A DNA stretch of 63,595 nt, filler included, from Perkinsus chesapeaki ATCC PRA-425 (taxonomy: Eukaryota > Protista > Perkinsozoa): the NCBI GenBank assembly GCA_013115145.1. It is 5 parts of 5 records of this genome, joined end to end, with 100 filler letters (N's around TTAATTAATTAA, not from the genome) between each part and the next. Parts side by side here need not be neighbours in the genome. Positions count along the whole stretch, not along the records: positions 48,438 to 56,705 come from JAAPAO010000984.1; positions 56,806 to 63,595 come from JAAPAO010001063.1; 3 more parts are not named here. One strand, given 5' to 3'. The position numbers and the translations under genes were made by a program. This document shows positions 48,438-58,227 of the stretch, one piece after another. Each line of letters starts with the position of its first letter. The first letter of the stretch is position 1. The notes beneath the pieces were generated by a model, which did not search any database, was not told where the DNA came from, and saw only the letters and a program-made list of their open reading frames with translations.

Positions 48438-48525
48438 ACTAGTAACATATTTTATATTATATCTCCTCCTACTCCGCACTAGTAACATATTTTATATTAT
48501 ATCTCCTCCTCCTACTCCGCACTAG
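48438..48525 (+). repeat. 40-43 bp minisatellite, 2+ copies, intronic, truncated by the gap
   Basis: actagtaacatattttatattatatctcctcct(cct)actccgc repeated. Confidence 0.9.
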
Positions 48526-50686
48526 GATCTTCTATCTTTCGAGGAGTGAGGTTTTCTGCGTCCGATAATCTCCATCCCTCAGGTCCTCCGTGATGACGAG
48601 TTAGTGACGATCGACGGGACCATTCCCACCGAGGAGGAGCCGTCTGTAGTTTACGCCCTGCCACCACCAACAGCAACAACAGTCGATACCACAGAGAGGC
48701 ATATACGGCTTGATGAAGCATCAACTTCAACGCCGAAAAAAAGAAGTTTTCGAGAAGTTCGCAAGGGAACGCCGAAACCAAAGAGTCGAGCGTCGGAGGA
48801 GAGCTCAGAATCTAGCAGTGATGAGAGTTCCGATGAGGGCAGCTCCGACAGCGAAAGCGATGAAACTGTTTCGGAGGTGGTTAAGACGGTTAAACCTGTT
48901 GCGAACGAGGAGACGTCATCTTCGAGTTCGGAGAGCAGCGAATCTTCTGAGAGCTCGGAGAGTGAGTCAGAGCCGACACCTGAAGCGAAGCGAAGGAGAG
49001 TTGATGAGAGGAAGGTTATAGGAAACGGTAAAGTGAGGTTTGTGGCTGCAAAGGATAGTGGTTTGGAGAAGACTGATGAGACGGCTTGGAGGTAATAGTG
49101 GGTAAAACGCTGAAGTCCGAACAACGATGAAGATTTGATCCGATGTTTTGATATCGACCTGGCGAGATTGTTCTTTCCTATCTGTAATATATCGTATGTC
49201 TGTCGTAGGAAAAACGATCTTTCTGCTTCCTCTTTTTCGGAAATGAATATCTTGTCGATCGAAAAACTTTCTACGAAAGGCCACCTTCCGGAGCTCAAGT
49301 CGATCCTCTCCAGCTTGGTCAGAATTTTTTGAAATATTTCCGAACTTTGTCGAGTCAGGTTTAATGACTGGCATGAGAAGACTGAGGATTTGCGTGCCGG
49401 TCAGTGCTTGAAGTTCCGCTGTCTGAAGGCAGATCCAGTAACGGGGAGCAGCAGATTGGGAGACGCGGAGGTAGTAGGGTGTGGGATTCGAACCTGGGTC
49501 GTTTGCATGAAAGAATGAGTGCAGGTTTGGAAGCTTTTGGCGATGGATGAAGGGAAGGCTGTTTTAGTGGATGAGAAAGGCCGGCATGATGTAGGAGTGG
49601 GAAAACCTTTATAGTGCGAAAAGATACTGTAAAACCATTATGGCGCGAAAAGATTCTGTAAAACCTTTATGGCGCGAAAAGATTCTGTAAAACCTTTATG
49701 GTGAGAAGAGATACTGTAAAACCTTTATGGCGCGAAAAGATTCTGTAAAACCTTTATGGTGAGAAAAGATACTGTAAAACCTTTATGGCGCGAAAAGATT
49801 CTGTAAAACCTTAATGGCGCGAAAAGATACTGTAAAGTAAAACCTTTATGGCGCGAAAAGATTCTGTAAAACCTTTATGGCGTGAAAAGATTCTGTAAAA
49901 TCTTTATGGCGCGAAAAGATTCTGTAAAATCTTTATGGCGCGAAAAGATTCTGTAGAATCTTTATGGTGAGAAAAGATTCTGTAAAACCTTTATACAGAA
50001 GTGCCCCACGAACTGCATTGATGTTTGGATGCTTTTAGGTGATTCCAGAGAAGGATATGTTCGGGCTGATGATACACGATCCTGTTAGTGATAAAAAATT
50101 GGAAGATATAAATAATGGGGATAAACAAGGTGATGGTTGAGGGAGGATTTGAACCTGGGCAGATGGATACATTCTTTAGAGGCGCACGTCGCTTCCCCAA
50201 GCGGCCATAAAGGCCCTAGGATTTCCTCTCTGGCGTACGTGCCTCCGACGGCGACGGACAAGGCCGCTCAGAAACGACAGAAAAAGAAGTTTGGTGCGAT
50301 ACGGCGTCAAGTGGAGTGGTGGCTGAACCGATCTAATTGGGAGAAGGACGAACATCTTAGGAGCTTGGTAAAGGACATGTGCATGCGTGCAGGTTTGTTG
50401 TGTCACACTGTCCCTGTAGGCGTATCCTGGGACGCATTGGGTGCCTATACATGAGTTGATGAAGTTCGATCGGCTTCGAGACTTGTCGGACGACCAAGGG
50501 GAAGTGGTTCATGTCTTACGAACGGAGCGATGCGGCAAACAAGGTCGGAGGGCATCCAATCAACCTTTCAAGAATCTTTCTTGTGTGTCAGATCCACGGG
50601 TTGAGGTCTCACCAGATGGGTTCTATGTTCGCCATAAATGCTGGGCGGAGGCGGATACTTCTGGAGGGCCGAAAAAGGCGGCTTAG
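48526..50686 (+). CDS. 5'-truncated nuclear protein: Ser/Glu-rich region plus C-terminal La motif; N-terminal and Tudor-like segments resemble coilin
   Basis: La motif IRRQVEWWLNRSNWEKDEHLRSL...WVPIHELMKFDRLRDL...VEVSPDGFYVR. Exons join in frame across introns 48546-48582, 49471-49524, 49591-50038 and 50130-50179. Confidence 0.75.
49471..49524 (-). other. 54-nt intron made of an antisense tRNA 3' half (Glu-like)
   Basis: Reverse complement reads ctttcatgcaaacgacccagg-TTCGAAT-cccac-accctac. It shares tcatgca..cgaccc.ggttcgaa.cc with the intron at 6917-6970. Confidence 0.75.
49602..49993 (+). repeat. 29-bp tandem minisatellite, ~13 copies, inside intron 49591-50038
   Basis: Unit aaaacctttatggcgcgaaaagattctgt with point variants, head-to-tail. 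Confidence 0.95.
50130..50179 (-). other. 50-nt intron containing an antisense tRNA 3'-end fragment
   Basis: Reverse complement reads gcccagg-TTCAAAT-cctcc-ctcaacc-A-tcac. Confidence 0.6.
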
Positions 50687-50727
50687 ATGTCAGTTAGAGT
50701 GTTTCTTTAAATGATTTGAATGTTTGT

Positions 50728-50763
50728 AAAAATACCGGGCGTGGGATTCGAACCTGTGCGGAT
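50728..50763 (-). other. Leu-like tRNA 3'-end fragment plus T5 in the 94-bp spacer between the La-motif and RING genes
   Basis: Minus strand reads atccgcacagg-TTCGAAT-cccac-gcccggt-A-ttttt. Confidence 0.7.
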
Positions 50764-50780
50764 AGGACTGTTATAATTCA

Positions 50781-52745
50781 ATGTCATCGTCATCATCCAG
50801 TTCGCCTGTCCAAAGGCTCTACTGCCACAACTGCCGCAGAGTAACAGCGTCGACGAGGTCCGATCCCTGGAGATGCAACTCGTGCCTCGGATATTTTGTA
50901 GAGAAGTGGGACTCTGGTGTGGATAAAATAGAGACACCGTGGTCGCTCGAAGCCGAACGCGATGAAATCATGGACGCGGAGTCGACAAATGTGCAGGTGA
51001 TAAGGATGCTTCGCTCCAGTAGAAGAAAGTAATTTTCAGGCGAGTGACTCTCAGTCTGCTGCTGGTGAGGATATGGCACCTCCGGACTATCCAGCGCCAC
51101 CTATTGCGATAGCGGTTGACATAATGGAGCCTGCCCCTCGAATGGAGCCGGCGGATGAGGCGTGGAATGTAATATGAGCGGAGGGAAATGGTGTTATAGA
51201 TTTATGTGTACAAATGTTAAGATGTACATACCTTTATGTAAATGCAAAGCTTCACGGTTTCTACAGAGTGATGATAGGATCAATGAAATTAGTTTATTTT
51301 TATGGGCATTTTTAAATGTCTAGGGCTGTGGTGTATGGGGTGGTGCGGAGCCTAATTTGGGAGCATCTTTGGTTGATGCACGCATATTAGTATCATTCAC
51401 CTCCGCGTTTTTCATCGATCTACTTCTCAAAGCTGTGACCGGAAAACTACCACGATTCGTGATCCTCGAGGCTCCAAAGATAGAATCTCGGCCGGCTATA
51501 CCAACTATACGGCGAATGAGCCCGTATAGTTGGTGATTGGTCAGCGTCGTTGGAATTGTGTTATTTAGGCGGTTCGTCGGAGTCGCGCAGCGTCGTGGTG
51601 GATACCGCCATCCCGAGATCATCAAGCCATGGGAAGGGATGCATTCGAGTAATAATGAATTTTGCTATTTGCTAAAATTGGGGGATTTTCTTGTCACCAG
51701 TATTGTTGCGATGCAATGTAATGTTTCCCGATCCGATGTGTGCCAATGACTTCAAGGTTATGTGTTGACATGGCTCACTGTGATGAATGATAGGGTATAT
51801 TATTAGCTACGGATTATAACCCTAATTTATATTATACACTCTCAAGCTGTACGCTCAAAACAGGCCGACAAAGAAATCTTGCCAACGAGGTATCTTTGCG
51901 CACTATGAAGAATTTCCCTCAGTAATTCGCATCCGTTCGGTCGTGGTCATGAAGTTGTCCTGGGCATGGATGCCATGCCGTTCCTGTTGGGCTCATCGAT
52001 GGCCGCTGCTGGTCGACCGTCAAGTGGAGCTGGAGGGAATCAGCAAAGGAATGGAGTGTCTCCTCTGGAGAGAGCTCTACTGCAGCAGGTTCTTATGGCG
52101 ACTTTCAATCACGCTGGGATGCGTAATAATTTAGTGGCGCGCGGTCGCGGTGGTGAAATGTGCATCAGATTCTCATGCTACTTCACCGTCGATTTTATCT
52201 CGGTTTAGAGATGTCACAGCAACGCAGCAGGATGAGCAAGACGAATGTGCGATATGTCAAGTAAGGGGAATGGAGGGAATTATGTCTTAATGACTGGAAA
52301 TAGAAAGTTATTAATCACAAGTAGTGCTTTAGACCTTTCATGTGTGAGGTTCATGCTTATTTTGGTTAACTAGCTCATAATGTAACTTTCCTAGTTGCGG
52401 AGCGGACAACGGAGCTCCACAATGCTGGCTATATCCCTCGCTATGTAGAGCTCACCGCACCGAATGTGTTCGTGGAAAATTACTGGAGTCTCGTCGGAGC
52501 GCCAAAAAGTCTCTTGTTCTCTTTCTCAGTGTCGATACGTCTGTGGCGATGTGCTTAATCGTATACGTGATGCTATACCGGGTGATGTACCTTGCAGTTG
52601 CCCCCATGCATTTCACAAACAATGCATTCGACCGTGGCTTCAACAGGTAGCTTCAAGCTGCTGACGCTGACGCTGTCGATTTTCATTGGTTTTTCAGCAC
52701 AATTCCTGTCCCGTTTGCCGATATGAACTCCCGACAGAATCGTAA
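50781..52745 (+). CDS. RNF115/RNF126-type RING-H2 E3 ubiquitin ligase, multi-exon
   Basis: N-terminal zinc ribbon YCHNCRR...RCNSCLGYFVE; RING-H2 ECAICQ...[28 protein letters not shown]. Confidence 0.88.
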
Positions 52746-53495
52746 TCACATCATCGATCGTTGTTTTTTGCGTAATCCTGTTCGACAAGCAAGTCGGCGG
52801 TTCCGGCCGACGACTTTGCGATTGTCGTATCCGTCTGAATCGAAATCTCACAGTCTCTTTTAAACGTGAAGATACCCATTGTAACATAAAGAGCACGTTA
52901 CTGCCACGGATATTTCGTCACTCGCCACGAAATGTCAGGCCTGGTTTGTTCAATTGCTTAGAGGCTGTAGGTGAGTGAGTGGAAGCGTTGCGTTGAGTAT
53001 GTCAAGATTTTGGGGAAAAGTTGGGGGAAATACGGTATGAATGTTGCACGCATGCGCATAGGCTAGCACGAGCAAAACTGGGACACACTGGGGAGGAAAT
53101 CACACACTTTGGAGGGTACATTGTCGCGGCAGACAATTTATCATTTATTATATCATTACTCTTAGTAGTTAGTTTCGGTGAGCAAGCTCCAATTCCAGTT
53201 TGCTTGTCGGCTGGACTTTAAGCTAGAACATGCTGCTGCTGTGGTAGAGTAGTTCAATTGGGTATATCGAACCTGTCAGCTGCTGCTGCTGTGTGCTTAT
53301 GAGTATTATGTATCCATATCCCCTGTGATTTTAGGGGTATATTGTTTTATCCAACCATTTGCTGTAACGCTACGTACGCTGTCTATCAACGAAAATTCGC
53401 CTAAGTTGGTGCAGGATTTGGTAGCTGGCTCGCCGAATGGCATTGAAATTGTATTAGTTTTATTTTCTTTGGATCCATAAGGTTTTCCCTCTATA

Positions 53496-55940
53496 ATGCT
53501 TTCTCGTTGCATCTCAGCGTCAACTGCTGCACTGCCGAGGCTGGCTGCCACATCACGTTTTTTTTCAACTCACGGGGCTCTTGCCGACAAACTTAAAGGG
53601 ATTGTCGACGAAGCCAAGTCCACCGGGACGTGAGTCTGCACCCAAGTTGTTATGTTATTATCTTTGCTTCCAACAGGTACAAGTCCGAAAGGATTATCAC
53701 TTCTCCACAAGGAGCAAGCTTATATGTTGAAGGCAGCAAGCAAAGAGAGATACTTAATTTTTGTAAGATGATTCTAACCGGTTCATCCATCGGCCACAGT
53801 GTATGGTAGATTGCGTCGTAGTCTGTCGTTGAGGTGTCTCCGCTTGTTTAGTGCGTAGAATCGGATCGTTTTTTCATGCGAGAATAATAGAGCTATAATA
53901 TAGAATGTTTCAAGAAGGGTCTGATGCTTCCTTCTGGGCTGGGATCCTTCCCTAGAAGTTTCGTAGTAACTTTGGCGTCAGCAACACATTTCTGTGGCGT
54001 TAGTTGGTTCGTATGACTTGGCAATGACTGAAGGTGCAGCGTTGCAAAAAGAGAAATTGAGAGGGAAATTTCACCGAACCCGAAACCCTAAAATTTAACG
54101 GAAAAAACCCGAAACCCGATTTCGACCGTTCTTGTGATATGGAGGAGTCTTCCCACGCAGGGTCCAATGGGCAGTTTATCACTTTTTCCGAAACTTGTCA
54201 CACTGTTTTCTCTCAGGCGCGAACAACTACCTTGGTCTGTCTAACGATCCTGAGCTGGTCGCTGCCGCCAAGGAGACATTAGGAAGCCATGGCTTCGGGC
54301 TCAGCAGTGTCCGGTTCATTTGTGGAACTCAGGATATTCACAAAAAGTTGGAGAAGACGATTGCCAAGGTAAGGAAGGGTCTCAAGTTGAGCTCATTGGT
54401 ATCTTTCGTGGTTCAGTTTCACGGTATGGAGGATTGCATACTTTTCCCGTCCTGTTTTGATGCCAATGGCGGCATTTTTGAGACGCTGCTGGGCCCAGAG
54501 GATGCTGTCATTTCCGACGCTCTCAATCATGCTAGTATCATCGATGGCATTAGGTTGTGCAAGGCACAAAGATTCAGGTGGGATTGATCGGGTGGATAGT
54601 TTGTTAAGTTTTCATTATGGCGATCCGGGTTCAATTCATTGTATTGTAGATATAACCATATGGATATGGATGATTTAGAGGCAAGGCTGGAAGAATCCAA
54701 AAGCGCCAATGTAACCCGTATCAGCGATTTCATCTCGCTCAACCATTTAGTGCAGATTCGTCTAATAGTAACTGATGGCGTTTTCTCAATGGACGGCGAT
54801 GTGGCGCCGCTGGACAAGATAGTTGAGCTTGCCAAGAAGTGATCGATCGTTGTCATTGCCGAAGTGGCACACTTCTCTTAGGTATCCTAATACCTATGTT
54901 ATGGTGGATGAATGTCACGCTACAGGAGTCTTCGGTGCCAACGGACGAGGCACTCCTGATATGTTTGGCGTTAAGGTTGATATTATCAATTCTACACTGG
55001 GGAAGGCTTTAGGTGGGCCGATGACCGCTACGGTTGTTCAGTCGATATTACTTTCCTACAAGTCCCGAAATGAGCGGAAGGTCTTGAGATAATTTGATTA
55101 TAATGGCTTTATTTGAAATAAATCATCTTCACGAAATTGATGTCACCTGCCCCTCGTGGCTGACTGCTACGAACTTCATGTTCCGTCAACGGCGGCGGCG
55201 GCCACTCGTAGACGTTGGGAGAAGTGTCATGTTCATAGAGGCGGTTTGCGATCTTACTGATGCTTGTTAATATATCAATAATATTTATCTTTACTATTCA
55301 AAGCGTCATACGTACGTTCCTACTCTCTCGACCAGGTGGTGCTACTGGAGGATACACAGCGGCAAGTAGCGACATCATCGAGGTTATGCGACAGAAGGCC
55401 CGTCCTTACCTTTTCAGCAACTCGGTAGCTCCCAGTGTTGTTGGTGCCAGCCAGGTTAGCCTTCCAATGCCTAATTGTTGTGATGCCCATTTTAGGTCGC
55501 ATTTGATCGCTTGGAAAAGACACCTGAGCTGCAAGAAAGGCTTGCTAAAAATACGGCCTACTTCAGGTTTGCCGTTGATGTTGTTAAATTGCCACCTGGT
55601 CTTTCAGGAAATCCCTCAATCGTGCCGGTTTCACGATCCTAGGGGATGATCGCTGCCCTATAGTGCCTGTCTTACTGGGGGACGCGAGACTTGCTACACA
55701 GTTTGCCGATGCACTCCTTGACAGGGATATCTATGTTATTGGCTTCAGCTATCCGGTTGTTCCCAAAGGTCAAGCGAGGATCAGAGTGAGTTGTGAACTT
55801 GTACCGTTTCAATACTGCTGCTCGTACAGGTTCAACTGTCAGCTGCCCACACTGAAAAACAGCTTCAGAAGGCGGTCGCGGCCTTCATTTCGGTTGGGAA
55901 GGAATTAGGCGTACTCGAGCCTATAACCGGGGATGCGTAA
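53496..55940 (+). CDS. GCAT: 2-amino-3-ketobutyrate CoA ligase (glycine C-acetyltransferase), mitochondrial, multi-exon
   Basis: [91 protein letters not shown]; presequence [16 protein letters not shown]. Confidence 0.96.
54578..54649 (+). other. GCAT intron containing a decayed sense tRNA (Glu-like) anticodon/T-arm fragment
   Basis: ttttcattatggcgatccggg-TTCAATT-c; related to the fragments at 6917 and 49471. Confidence 0.5.
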
Positions 55941-56705
55941 GATGACGTTGCTATCATGGTGGAGGCCTGCTGCCTGTTGAACGTACGAATATGGCAGTTA
56001 CGCGATGTTTACAGAAAGTGGCCGTAAAGAGACTAAAGATGGCGATATTTCATGGTTTACAGATTTCTAGTTCTTACTCAATCTCTTGCTGCTTCTGTTG
56101 CGTTCTTTGAGATATCGTCTGATTCCATATTTTGTCAGCAGCCTTGAGTAGTGTACATCAACACACGTATAACTCGTTATCTTAACCTCTTCTGCTTGAG
56201 TTGGTTAATATTATACACAGCGAGTTGGTGCAGTGAGAGAAGTTCGGTTGTGGCCCACAAATTCAAGCCCGAAATCTAGAGTCAGATTCCCTGCAATCAA
56301 GTATCGCTATCCTGGTGTATAATTAGTCGATAAGGGTTCGTATTGCGTGAGGCCTTTGGTGATGGACTTAAAGGCTCAACCTACAACGCTATTAGGGGAG
56401 CTAGTAGTATATCAGTAGGTAGAGTGAAACACCACAGACACATTGTTCAGCACGCGCCCAATCATTGATTGGAAATCAACAAAACAAAACAAATATACGT
56501 GTGGCGCTGCCAAGGTTGAGCTTAGCGAAGTGAACCCCTTCGATTTCGAGCGCGCTATACCCCGCAAGGGCAAACGGATGCTAGATTTATATATTTTTCC
56601 ACAGCCAAAAAGTCACGTCACGTGAGGCGTCCGAAGGACTTTGGGTTAAGCGAGAGACCCAATCTCGAAGACTGGTAAAGTGTAAACTGGAAGCTCTTCT
56701 GATAG

Positions 56706-56805
56706 NNNNNNNNNNNNNNNNNNNNNNNNNNNNNNNNNNNNNNNNNNNNTTAATTAATTAANNNNNNNNNNNNNNNNNNNNNNNNNNNNNNNNNNNNNNN
56801 NNNNN
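56706..56805. other. Artificial scaffold gap linker
   Basis: N44-TTAATTAATTAA-N44. Confidence 0.99.
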
Positions 56806-57021
56806 CCAGTGCAGAAGGGCAAGCCAGGGCAGAAGGGCAAGCCAGTGCAGAAGGGCAAGCCAGTGCAGAAGGGCAAGCCAGTGCAGAAGGGCAAGCCAGT
56901 GCAGAAGGGCAAACCGGTAGAGAAGGGCAAGCCAGGGCAGAAGGGCAAGCCAGTGCAGAAGGGCAAGCCAGGGCAGAAGGGCAAGCCAGTGCAGAAGGGC
57001 AAGCCAGTGCAGAAGGGCAAG
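56806..57021 (+). repeat. 18-bp coding tandem repeat (~12 copies, truncated by gap) encoding (QKGKPV/G)n
   Basis: Unit ccagtgcagaagggcaag. The + frame stays open to RRTYKK and a GTGAG donor at about 57076. Confidence 0.9.
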
Positions 57022-58227
57022 CTCCTCGGGGAGTTCTTGCTGACAGCAGTTCATCGAAGGAGGACATACAAGAAGGTGAGAAGACAGTCTGTTGAACGTG
57101 TTTGTGATATAGTCATACCTGCAGGTGTCATTTCGAGGGAATCATGAAGTGATGTAACAGATCGAGTAGGCCCTGGAGAAGCTGCGCATCAGGTGCCCTG
57201 AACCAACTCATTTGTATCGTTTCTAAGCATTATTACCAATGTTGTTTACTGTTAACATTTCCCTATAATATCGAATACTTGAGTCATTACGCTGTCAATT
57301 AGTACCGGCTAACGAGAATGATAATTAATCGTGTTGTGGGAAAGGCTCTCAGCTATGTCGGAAATATAGCTATGTCTGCGAGAAAGAAAATTTCCGACAA
57401 GATTTCATAAAGTTTAGTTTTCGAGATTGGGTCGCTTTATCTGTAAAACTTAAAGCTCCCAGGTGGAGTCACGAGTCTGAGCAAAGCTGAAGAAGAATAT
57501 TTCAGTCCCGACAGTACCACACAACTTTATACCGTACTGCTCGTCGACGGGCTCAAACGGTCGATAGGAGCGCTTGAAAGGGGATGTGATAGAAAATAAT
57601 ATTTACTTATAAGTTGAATATGTCGTATAATCATTAACAGTATAGGATTGTCAATCTTTGTAAAAGTTGAATACAACCAAAGCATATCTAATAAGTATAT
57701 ACTGTAGGATATATAACAGTAACGATATAGGGTTGTCGATGCTGAGGAGCGTCGCGCTGTCAACCCGGTAGACACCAAACTAGTCTTCAGTAGATAAGCC
57801 TCTCATGAAATTAGCGGTATTCCACCTATACCTGCTCTTTTGGATTTACTGGCACAGGAAACCTTCCATAAATGCACATCAGCGCATATAAGATCTTCTC
57901 CCGTGCTTCCATGGTATTCTGTAACGCCGTAATGATGCACACTGTGTATTAACGACACATGAACGTTTGAACGGTTTGTATATTCTCTTTGGTCAGTATA
58001 CAGCCTCAAGTCTATTGTAGTTTGCGATAGTTGACTCCTATTAGGGGTGAAACAAGTTGAAACTTGTATCTATTCATATCCACCTGACTACTACTAATAG
58101 AGCCATATCGGCTGCTTCATTATACTGTACGAAAATGCGTTGCACTGGGGCATCGAAGATCGAATAATGAGGAGAATATTCATTAAGATGAATGATATTA
58201 ATTTCAGTAAAATAAGGTATTCAATTA

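Noticed and set aside
49602-49993. 29-bp repeats of CRISPR-like length
   Set aside because: Head-to-tail with no unique spacers, inside a eukaryotic intron, no cas genes.
56750-57067. Minus-strand Cys-rich (CPSALA)n and (GLPFCT)n ORFs
   Set aside because: Shadow frames of the 18-bp repeat; the + frame has the splice donor.
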